Positions 7,735 to 15,600 of a DNA stretch of 30,436 bases are shown piece by piece (the stretch's first letter is position 1; each line of letters opens with the position of its first letter). The position numbers and the translations under genes were made by a program. The stretch lies in IMG/VR virus record IMGVR_UViG_3300030708_002914, positions 1 to 30,436 of that record; one strand, 5' to 3'. Below the pieces are notes generated by a model. The model saw nothing but the letters and a program-made list of their open reading frames with translations, searched no databases and was not told the origin of the DNA. The DNA is from a virus. Lineage: Duplodnaviria; Caudoviricetes.

Positions 7735-8124
7735 ATGAGTTTGAGATTTACACGAGCGGTGAACGACAAATGGTACGGAGGATTCTCATTGGATAGTGAG
7801 GATCTCGATGGCACCTTTGATCACTGCGTATGGGTCCGCAAAGTAGTGAATAACTATCGTGACAAGAAAGTCATCGTGAACATTGTCACGCAGGAAGGAA
7901 CGGAGGAGCTCAGCATGGATGTTGGGGAAACCCACAAGCTTTCAGACAACATCGGAATGAAGCTCACCGGAATCCAAGAACATTGGGCGGAGCAGCTCCC
8001 CCCGTGCGAAGAGTGCGGCAGAGGAGACACGCAAGCAAAACGAATGGTGCCTCAAGCGCGATTCGGAATCGATGCTCCCAACACTTACACGATTTTACGA
8101 CATGATATACAGAGGAAAAAATGA
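7735..8124 (+). CDS. CsrA/RsmA-like RNA-binding protein, tandem single-chain form with CxxC insertion
   Basis: LRFTRAVND resembles CsrA [32 protein letters not shown] resembles [41 protein letters not shown] resembles QVRIGVNAPKEVSVHREE. Confidence 0.7.
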   Translation: [129 protein letters not shown]

Positions 8125-8459
8125 GCGATCAACAAGACATGCAAATGCCACATAAGATTACGTTTCAGGGGAAAGAATACGAATTGGATTCCTTGTCGGA
8201 TGAACAAAAGAACCAAGTGGCAACCGCCATGAAGACTCAAGAGATCTTGTCTTCAGCGCAACAAATTGCAGAAGTATTCGCGAACATGCCAGGAATTATT
8301 GGTTTGGCGATTAAAGGCGCGGCAGCACAGGCGGATGAGGTTGTTAAGAGCTTTCCTCCTCCAACATCGTCGGCACCAGCTGCTCCTCCAGTTGTAACGC
8401 CGGAGGAATTGCCGGGAGAGAAGCCAGTTGAAGAGATTAAAGAGGAGAAAACACATTGA
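8121..8459 (+). CDS. Hypothetical protein (DUF6447-like N-terminus, Pro/Glu-rich tail)
   Basis: KITFQGKEYELDSLSDEQK motif. ATGA overlap with the upstream gene. Confidence 0.6.
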   Translation: MSDQQDMQMPHKITFQGKEYELDSLSDEQKNQVATAMKTQEILSSAQQIAEVFANMPGIIGLAIKGAAAQADEVVKSFPPPTSSAPAAPPVVTPEELPGEKPVEEIKEEKTH

Positions 8460-8460
8460 A

Positions 8461-8637
8461 GTTGCTCCCCCCCCTTGGAGCAACCAGCTCAGCGGAGACG
8501 CGATCTCTCTTGCCTTCCATACTCCCTCGCGATCCGTTCATGACAAGCCTGACCCTCTTGTGAGTGCAGACGGGTCACTAAAAGGATGAAAGTTTAAATG
8601 GAATTTGATAAACCGGATGTAACTACAAGGAGATGTT
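8461..8637 (+). promoter_or_regulatory. Structured 5' leader of recombinase 1 with a GGA array
   Basis: Hairpins at 8461-8484, 8491-8538 and 8550-8577. GGA motifs at 8584, 8600, 8615 and 8629 (spacing 16/15/14), the last being the SD. Confidence 0.45.
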
Positions 8638-9525
8638 ATGAATACATTCAAAGAGGTAGCTCTCGACTATCTTGATCAGCCAACGAAATTCGGCAAGGAG
8701 AAATCCCACATTGCCGAGCTTCGGTTAACAGAGATGATCGAAAGCTTTGGTGATAAACCGATACAAGATATCGATGAGTTTCAGGTTAAGGCGTTTTTTA
8801 GAACGATCAAGAAAAAGAAATTGGCGAACGCGACCTACAATACATACGTCACCTACTATCACGCAGTCATGAACTATGCGATCGATGAGGTAGGGGTGAT
8901 TAAAGAGTTCTGCAAAATGAAATCTTTGCCTGAGCGGCAGCGCACCGACTTCCTCGAGCCTGAACAATTCAAGTCACTCTACAATAATCTCGATCCATTA
9001 CGACAAGACATTGTCATGTTGCTGGTGAATACAGGCTTACGAAAGAGTAACGGTAGTCAGCTGCGAGTTGACCAGGTATCGCCTTGTCGGAATTTTCTGA
9101 GGTTCTCGGATCGGTTGACCAAGAATGGCAAGCCACTCGAGGTTCCACTCAACGATAAAGCCAAAGAAGTCATCGAGAAAAGATTGGACCTGATCGAGCA
9201 GATGCAAACTAAGTACCCCTACCTAGGGATCATTGAGCATGTCTTCGTTCAGGAGTCAGGCAACGTCAAGCTGAACGGGAAGCCCATTGGGGATCTTTGC
9301 AATAAGACTTGGCGTAAAGCCGTAGCAGCTGCTGGGTTACCGAAAGGAACGTGCGTACATCATCTGCGTCACACCTTCGCCAGCTGGCACAAGAGAGCAG
9401 GAACCAACGATACCTTGATCGCTAAGATCGGAGGATGGGAATCGATGAAGTCGTTAGAAAGATACGGTCATGTATCGGGACCGGACACTCAGAGAGCTGC
9501 TGCAAATCTAGTGGTAGGTTTTTAA
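8638..9525 (+). CDS. Tyrosine recombinase 1 (core-binding + catalytic domains, no arm-binding domain)
   Basis: TGLRKSN (R), TKNGK (K), HHLRHTFASW (H-x-x-R), GGW and ERYGH (Y). 295 aa. Confidence 0.9.
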   Translation: MNTFKEVALDYLDQPTKFGKEKSHIAELRLTEMIESFGDKPIQDIDEFQVKAFFRTIKKKKLANATYNTYVTYYHAVMNYAIDEVGVIKEFCKMKSLPERQRTDFLEPEQFKSLYNNLDPLRQDIVMLLVNTGLRKSNGSQLRVDQVSPCRNFLRFSDRLTKNGKPLEVPLNDKAKEVIEKRLDLIEQMQTKYPYLGIIEHVFVQESGNVKLNGKPIGDLCNKTWRKAVAAAGLPKGTCVHHLRHTFASWHKRAGTNDTLIAKIGGWESMKSLERYGHVSGPDTQRAAANLVVGF

Positions 9526-9540
9526 GGAGGACAAGACAAA

Positions 9541-9843
9541 ATGCCATGGGACAGAAATGGAGGCGTGAAGTGGGTGACCAAGTCAAGGTGTACGGAGTTG
9601 ACGGGATACACCTCAAACCAAATACGATCAAAAATTGATCGAGGATTGTGGGTGAAGGGTGTTCACTTTACGGTGGCTGATAACGAACGATTAATTAACA
9701 TGGAAGAGGTTTATAAATGGGCAGATTCTTACCAAAAAACGTGTACGCCAGAGGCGACGGGAAGGGAGAAAAACTCTACTTCCAGTTCGAGTTTGAAGGA
9801 AGAGTTTACAAGGAAAAAACGGATTTTAAACGCAGCGACCTAG
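9541..9843 (+). CDS. xis: Excisionase (Xis)-like protein
   Basis: KWV...ELTGYT..QIRSKI..G.W..GVHF......LIN.EEV.KW winged-helix pattern, directly upstream of and overlapping the integrase. Strong AAGGAGG SD. Confidence 0.75.
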   Translation: MPWDRNGGVKWVTKSRCTELTGYTSNQIRSKIDRGLWVKGVHFTVADNERLINMEEVYKWADSYQKTCTPEATGREKNSTSSSSLKEEFTRKKRILNAAT

Positions 9844-11129
9844 AGACAGACTCAGGACGAATCAAAATCAAAAATGCGTTGAAGCAATTTAAACAGCGCA
9901 AACAGAACGAAACGTCTGAGGATCGAAGAGCTGAAAGAAAAGAAGAAAGGCAGCGACAGCGAGAAGTGGTCAACGAGCCATTTTACAAAGTTGCTGAACG
10001 CTATCTTAATGCGATCAAAAACGGAGACAGGAAGCTAGGCATCGCAAGAGTCAAAAGCGATAGCACTCGAAAAAGTTACGCGAGCAGCCTAGCGAACTTC
10101 TGGTCCTATTTGCACGACATCAATATTAGAGAAATTGATGAAGATGATTTGACCTACATCTTCGAGTTGAGAGCGGATCTGGAAAATGCAAACTCATGGT
10201 CAAATCATTTCACTCCACTGAAGGGTGTTTTCAAATACGCGATGAAAGCTCGAATGATCATTCAAGATCCCAGTGCGGTTCTGAGCTCAGCGGGTTACGA
10301 GATCACGGAGCCTGATCCCTATTCGCTAGAAGAGAAGAATGCGCTGCTGGATTATCTTTCGAGAACTCAATTCGGAAACTTTTTCCGATTAGCGTTTGGG
10401 ACAGGGATGAGGACAGGCGAGCTGTTGGCAATCAGCTGGGATGATTTTAACGGCAGCTCTTTGTACATTCACAACTCAATGGTGAAAGACAAAGAAACGA
10501 ACGATACCAAAACCCATAAGCCAAGATTCACCCACTTAGGCGAAGATGAAATAGCTATGTTGAAAAACATGGTTAGACCAATTGGCGGAGGACGCATCTT
10601 CAAATATAAGAAGGAGCCGAAACAATTTGTAAACGAGCCTTGGACTCGGACCGACTATCGTCCCTTTGTTGAAGCCCGAGCCTTTGCCACTTCGCTCAAC
10701 CTAAACAGCGAGGCTCAATGGAGGGAGTTTGCTTCGAGCGGCGAGAAGCCCAATGACATTCCATATTCTGTCAGACAGGTGTACCGAAACCATGGATGGA
10801 TTAGCTTCGAGGATTTCCTGGGCTATGGAGATCGAGAACTCACCAACGGTAAAAAGCCCATGGAGTACTGGAAGGCAGCGCATGAAGCCACTGGCGTTCG
10901 CAGGAGGATGGGTCCATATCCTTGGCGACACACCTACATCAGCGAAATGCTGAGCTCTGGAGTGCCTCAGAACCTTGTAGCGGAACAGGTTGGAGACCGT
11001 CCCTCAACTATCCAAGATTACTATTACAAGTACATTCCAAGGGACAATGATGAGGCGGTAATCAAGGCAGCAAGAAGGGCGATTGAGGTTGAAAAGCCTA
11101 CCCAAAGCCTACCAAAACGTGATTTTTAG
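9717..11129 (+). CDS. int: Tyrosine integrase 2 (arm-binding type) with inserted ~55-aa module
   Basis: N-terminal beta arm-binding-like segment, GTGMRTGEL, TKT, PYPWRHTY, QVGD and YYYKYI. Ends inside attP. Confidence 0.92.
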   Translation: MGRFLPKNVYARGDGKGEKLYFQFEFEGRVYKEKTDFKRSDLETDSGRIKIKNALKQFKQRKQNETSEDRRAERKEERQRQREVVNEPFYKVAERYLNAIKNGDRKLGIARVKSDSTRKSYASSLANFWSYLHDINIREIDEDDLTYIFELRADLENANSWSNHFTPLKGVFKYAMKARMIIQDPSAVLSSAGYEITEPDPYSLEEKNALLDYLSRTQFGNFFRLAFGTGMRTGELLAISWDDFNGSSLYIHNSMVKDKETNDTKTHKPRFTHLGEDEIAMLKNMVRPIGGGRIFKYKKEPKQFVNEPWTRTDYRPFVEARAFATSLNLNSEAQWREFASSGEKPNDIPYSVRQVYRNHGWISFEDFLGYGDRELTNGKKPMEYWKAAHEATGVRRRMGPYPWRHTYISEMLSSGVPQNLVAEQVGDRPSTIQDYYYKYIPRDNDEAVIKAARRAIEVEKPTQSLPKRDF

Positions 11130-11328
11130 AATTATTTAAACTAACCGAGACTATAAGTCATTGATTAACATGAGGAAATTAGCATCGAATGGCACAGTGC
11201 CACGGTTTTCAAGACCGACGCATATGTATGCTGATGTACGCTGATGTATGGAAATCAATGATTTATCGCTCTAAGGATACATCAGCATGCATCACCGTAC
11301 ATTTATCCCTACCAAAAGCCTACCAAAA
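11092..11328. other. attP: arm repeats, two IHF sites, tRNA-Ser anticodon-arm core, 10-bp repeat arrays
   Basis: CCTACC(A/C)AAA tandem pairs at 11092-11117 and 11307-11328. WATCAANNNNTTR matches at 11154-11166 (-) and 11253-11265 (+). Core CGGTTTTCAAGACCG at 11203-11217. Inverted 10-bp arrays TGTAYGCTGA at 11225-11250 and 11277-11302. Confidence 0.8.
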
Positions 11329-11334
11329 TCAAGT

Positions 11335-11427
11335 TGGCGGAAGGGGTGGGATTCGAACCCACGGAACGCTATAAACGCTCGCTGGTTTTCAAGACCAGTG
11401 CAATCGACCAAACTCTGCCACCCTTCC
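11335..11427 (-). tRNA. tRNA-Ser (anticodon TGA), CCA encoded
   Basis: GGAAGGG acceptor pairs with CCCTTCC-GCCA. Anticodon arm CTGGT-CTTGAAA-ACCAG, long variable arm, GTGGG-TTCGAAT-CCCAC T-arm. Confidence 0.96.
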
Positions 11428-11438
11428 ATGGAGGGTGC

Positions 11439-11468
11439 ATTCTATGAGTAATTATCCAGCTGGTGCAA
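11439..11468 (-). promoter_or_regulatory. Putative promoter of tRNA-Ser
   Basis: TTGCAC-N18-TAGAAT followed by a GCACCCTC discriminator-like segment, 11 nt before the tRNA 5' end. Confidence 0.55.
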
Positions 11469-11659
11469 GCTCTGATCCTAACGCTCCTTTTAACCAGCTC
11501 GATCAAGTTGTTTGTAGCGAATGCGATACTCAACTTGATGAAGACTTTTGCTGTCCCAATGAGGATTACCATCACAACATTTACAAATGTAAATTCTGGG
11601 TTTTCGAGATCCAAGACTTTGTTAGATGGAGAGAGTTTTGTAACTATGACGGAAGATGA
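11444..11659 (+). CDS. Small Cys-rich phage protein (71 aa)
   Basis: GGAGGG SD, N-terminal SNYPAGA..DPNAPFN pattern, and CSEC...CCP possible zinc ribbon. Confidence 0.55.
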   Translation: MSNYPAGASSDPNAPFNQLDQVVCSECDTQLDEDFCCPNEDYHHNIYKCKFWVFEIQDFVRWREFCNYDGR

Positions 11660-11846
11660 AATCCTTGTGTGCCTGATTAAGGATCGGGCGGGACACAGCC
11701 CTCAAAGCATTGCGTCGAGCACTGAGAATACCGTGGCTGAGGTTATCGAATGTTTATCGAAACACAGATTAGTCTACGAGAGCGGAGGACTTATCGTTGA
11801 GGATCGGATCAAAAAGAGAAAGATCAGCCTTTCATCCAGAGGATAA
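11646..11846 (+). CDS. Small putative HTH protein (66 aa)
   Basis: MTEDEILVCL...GHSPQSIASSTENTVAEVIECL. GGAGAG SD, short overlap with the previous ORF. Confidence 0.45.
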   Translation: MTEDEILVCLIKDRAGHSPQSIASSTENTVAEVIECLSKHRLVYESGGLIVEDRIKKRKISLSSRG

Positions 11847-12294
11847 ATAAAGTCGTCACAATCGCTGCTCCAAAGAGCATGGTGATAATCAAAAGGCTAT
11901 ATGTCACCAGATCTTTGTAGAGTCGCTTCCGCTGCTTCGCTCGTTCAGCGATAGCCTTTAGGGAATTCTCATGATCGCGTTTGTTCTGGGCAATAGTTTC
12001 AAAATACGCATCCACAACTTTTGCCGCTTCAGTGTTCATGTTTCCTAAAAGTCGGAGTTCTTCATTGAACCTTTCTATTTTTCGTTTTTCCATCTGAATG
12101 CGGAGAATCTCTTGCGGATCGGCGGGAACCAAACTATCACGCCGCTCGAGTTCATACTTGTGAATGCCAGTTGTAACGTCCATTGCTTTTTGCAAAAGAC
12201 CACCGACGTTTTGTCCCGTCTGTTTTACCTGGTCATGCATGGCATTCAGAGCACTAAGTGCTGTAGTAATTGCCGCTACGGTCTCGAATATCAT
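11824..12294 (-). CDS. Coiled-coil membrane-anchored protein
   Basis: 156 aa with a C-terminal hydrophobic helix LVTYSLLIITMLFGAAIVTTLFILW. GGAG SD. Confidence 0.7.
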   Translation of the reverse strand: MIFETVAAITTALSALNAMHDQVKQTGQNVGGLLQKAMDVTTGIHKYELERRDSLVPADPQEILRIQMEKRKIERFNEELRLLGNMNTEAAKVVDAYFETIAQNKRDHENSLKAIAERAKQRKRLYKDLVTYSLLIITMLFGAAIVTTLFILWMKG

Positions 12295-12352
12295 TACAAA
12301 CTCCAGCTAGAGTATTAAGTTTTTATCAGTCCTCCTTCCTTGGTGGTGCTAC

Positions 12353-12691
12353 TTATTTTTTATTCATCCATCCCGTCACGCCCATGTGAGCTCCGATCAC
12401 ACCAGCCATACTGATGTAAAAAAGTCCGATTAGATCCGATAGTTGATTGACTCGAGTTTCCGCAACAGCTGGTGAAATAAGGAGTAGCGTGACAACCATG
12501 ACCCCAACAAGGCATGTCCAAGCCATACTGCGCTGGCTATCACTTTTCTCATCAGCCATCTCGAGATCGAGCTGAGCTTTCTCCAAAGATATTTGAGCAA
12601 GTCCTTGGTCAACTTCGCTAGTACTAAGCACGTCGTCGCCGTCCACATCAAACCGTTCATACTTTGATCCCTTTTCTAGTTTCTTGCTCAT
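12353..12691 (-). CDS. Two-TM membrane protein with EF-hand-like N-terminal loop (putative holin-like)
   Basis: DVDGDDVLSTSE loop, two hydrophobic segments and a basic C-terminus. Confidence 0.6.
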   Translation of the reverse strand: MSKKLEKGSKYERFDVDGDDVLSTSEVDQGLAQISLEKAQLDLEMADEKSDSQRSMAWTCLVGVMVVTLLLISPAVAETRVNQLSDLIGLFYISMAGVIGAHMGVTGWMNKK

Positions 12692-15600
12692 TTGCCCAAT
12701 GCTTTCTTGTATCGTTTATTAAATACGTCATAGATCAATTGATTTTCTTCATCGAGCTTTTTCAATGCTTCAGCTCTTCTGGTCCTATCAACATTCTCGA
12801 GACCTTCTAGCCTTTTTATTTCTTGTCTGTTCTTTCTTAATCTTCTATCTGCTGCTTTCAGCTGATTGGGTAAAGTGAGGTAGTACTCTCTACTTTTTCT
12901 ATCAACCAACTTAGTCCTTTGCTCTGCATCACTATTTTCCCAACGATTCATTTCTCTTTTGAATTCAGCTCGATTGTCGTAATACCTGAACTGATCGTTG
13001 TATTCACTAGGGTTGAATGCAAATTTCCTGAGTACTGGCAGATCAGATTCCTTTAACTCTCCTTCAGGTATCACGGTCTTCTGAGCTGTATCTACAGCGT
13101 CTGTACCGAAACGACCTAATCCTCCTAGCATGAAATCAAACATATGCTGGAGCCTGTCAGGAGACATATCTATCAATCCCTTTGTCTCCATCGATCCGCC
13201 AGTAATACTGTTTACTGTTTGAGCAAACCATTTAAAGCTTTCTAAGGTTCCCCTCTTGCCAACACTTGATGCTGGGTCGTCTGTATAGGGTGTGGGTAAT
13301 ACTATTGGCGATCCAAAAAAATTGACGTTCATAGCCTGTTCTGTACCAAACAGCGCGACATCAGGTAATAACCCAGAAAATGCTTGCCAACCCTGCGCGA
13401 TAACATCGTCTTCACTATTTACAGCATGCAGATCTCTTGGGGAGAAGTGATGTGCAGTAGCCTTGTAAAGGTCTACAGCTCCTTCTGCTGGTGTCTTCAC
13501 ATCCATAAACTGTTCAGCAACGATCCTGCCGAAATTATCGAAATACCCCCATCCATACGCCAGAGGAACACCATACGCTTCATCTGCGAAAGTGATCGCC
13601 ATCGTGCTGCTTAGTAGATGCGAATTGTAGTCTGCGTATTTAGGCTCCTCGTCATCGTCTTCTCCAGCAAGCATTACGTTTGCAATGGTTCTCATAAACC
13701 CAAACGCAACCATGCCCATAGCTACTTTCCTAGCAGCTGTTGCCGTAGCTATAGCCATTCCTGCTTTTCCAGCTGATCCACCAGCCATAATCGCATTCTT
13801 TATGTTGACGTTACCCTGAATCGCAGCGTTGAAGAAAAGATAAAGACTATCAATAGCAGACGATGCTTCACCTTTACGGTTGAAATTTACTGTTAAATCC
13901 TTGGCGAGAGTCGCCGCATCAAGTCTAGGCGTTCCGGCTTTTCTTGCTTCTATATAGGTAGAGATTCTAATAGCATTCTCTGAGCCCTGATTAGCATGCT
14001 CAATCCAATCAAGCATGTTGTCTCTTATTGCCGCAGCTTGCCCAGGTGCTCCAATTCTTATGTTGAATTTATCTGTGCCTATTTGTCGTGGCATTGTTCT
14101 CTGGAACGACTGCTGGATCTCTTCCAAAGACTTCGTTGTAGCTAACCCTGTTGGAGCACCGTCCTCTATAAAGTCTTTGATGTACTGGAATATCTCTGCT
14201 TGCTTTTCATTCTTAGGCTGCTTGCCTCTCTTGAAATCAAAGTAAGCTTTCCCAGATGGAGCCCAGCCCTTCATCACTTTGCCGATAAGCTTTTGTCCAG
14301 AGACTCTCCCTTCTGGTGTTGTTTGTTCGCTAAGCAAAAAGGCTAAACCAGTTTCAACGTCTCGGATCGGGTTGACAAAAAACCATGAGGGATTCCAGTT
14401 AATAATTACATTACGCCTGAAATTCTGGAACTGCCTTAACACTCGCAGTCCATACTCGATCCCTTCATTAGCTTGATTAAAGGCAGCAACATTCCCATCT
14501 TGCAGCTGCCTGTTTAATCGCTCATCGAAAATCTCAATGAAGTAGGTTTGCCCTCCCCTTTTTACCTGAATGTATTTTGGCATTGCAGGATCGTCTTCCC
14601 TCATCTCCCTTTTCATCTGGTCTAGGGTTTTGGGATCTGTTGGATCATACTTACTGTCTGGTCTATTTCTGTTAGTAAAGACTCTCCATGCTTCTGGAGC
14701 ATCAAACTTTTGAACTAGCTTTAGTAATTTCTGGGAGGCGTAATTTTTCTCCGCTCTAAGAATTTTTTCTTCAGCATCTTTAAATGCAACAAACAAAGGA
14801 TTATCAGGCAGCGTAACACGACCTTTAGCCTTCATCGATTCACTGCCTTTAATGTTAAAACCTTTTGCTCTTGGGCTTGCTCGATATACCCCTTCTTGGT
14901 CTAAGAACCCTTTCAAAGGAACATAGAACTGATAGGTGCTTTCCCAATCTCTTCTGGTTTCTTCATCTAGCAATCCCTTATCAACCATGTTTTGCCGCAT
15001 CTCATCTAACATAGCGTAGACACGACTAGCGATTGCTTCGTACTGCTCTTTATTCCCAGCCTTCTCAGCGTTCTCGAGGACCAGTGCAGCTTCTGCATCA
15101 GTCATACCGGAACCTGTTTCTTGATGCCTGAACGGCGCGTTTTGCAAGGTCTCTATTTTTTCGGCGATTGATGGAGATCCTTCGGGCTGCGTGTCAGATA
15201 CACTCTCCTCTAGCTGCCTTTCTAATGTAACTATTTTCGCAGCTCGTCGTTCCTGTTCTTTCCTGAGTGTTTCAGCGTTTCTTTCTGCGGCATGCTTGGC
15301 AAGTAAATACATACCTATTTGGTCAGTAGATAGATCAAACTTATTAGCTAGATCAGCTATCGCTGCTATATGTTTTTCTTCAAACCTTTCTAGCTGCTCA
15401 CTGACCCTGCTATGCATAAGGTTTTCAGAATCTCTAAAGGACATGCTGGCTGGCAATCTAGGAACGCCTAGTGCTTTTGCCATAGCCTTTTCTACGGTTT
15501 GCCACCGCTCGTATCGATCTACAACATTTTCAGTGAACTTTTCATTAATACGATCTGCTAAGTGTGCTTCAGATCGGACCTCATCATCGACGTTGAATGC

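Noticed and set aside
9717-9843. Possible xis-int frameshift fusion in the 127-nt overlap
   Set aside because: int has its own ATG with GAGG upstream, xis/int overlaps are common, and no convincing slippery site with a stimulator was seen.
11190-11202. TGGCAC as a sigma54 -24 element
   Set aside because: There is no TTGC at the required spacing. It is half of a palindrome.
11170-11220. Second tRNA gene at the att core
   Set aside because: Only the anticodon arm is present. Acceptor, D and T stems cannot be formed.
11225-11328. Short repeats as a possible CRISPR mini-array
   Set aside because: The units are 10-11 bp and tandem, with no unique spacers and no cas genes. They are better explained as att sites.
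12430-12660. Nested ORF as an Rz1-like spanin
   Set aside because: No signal peptide/lipobox pattern was recognised.
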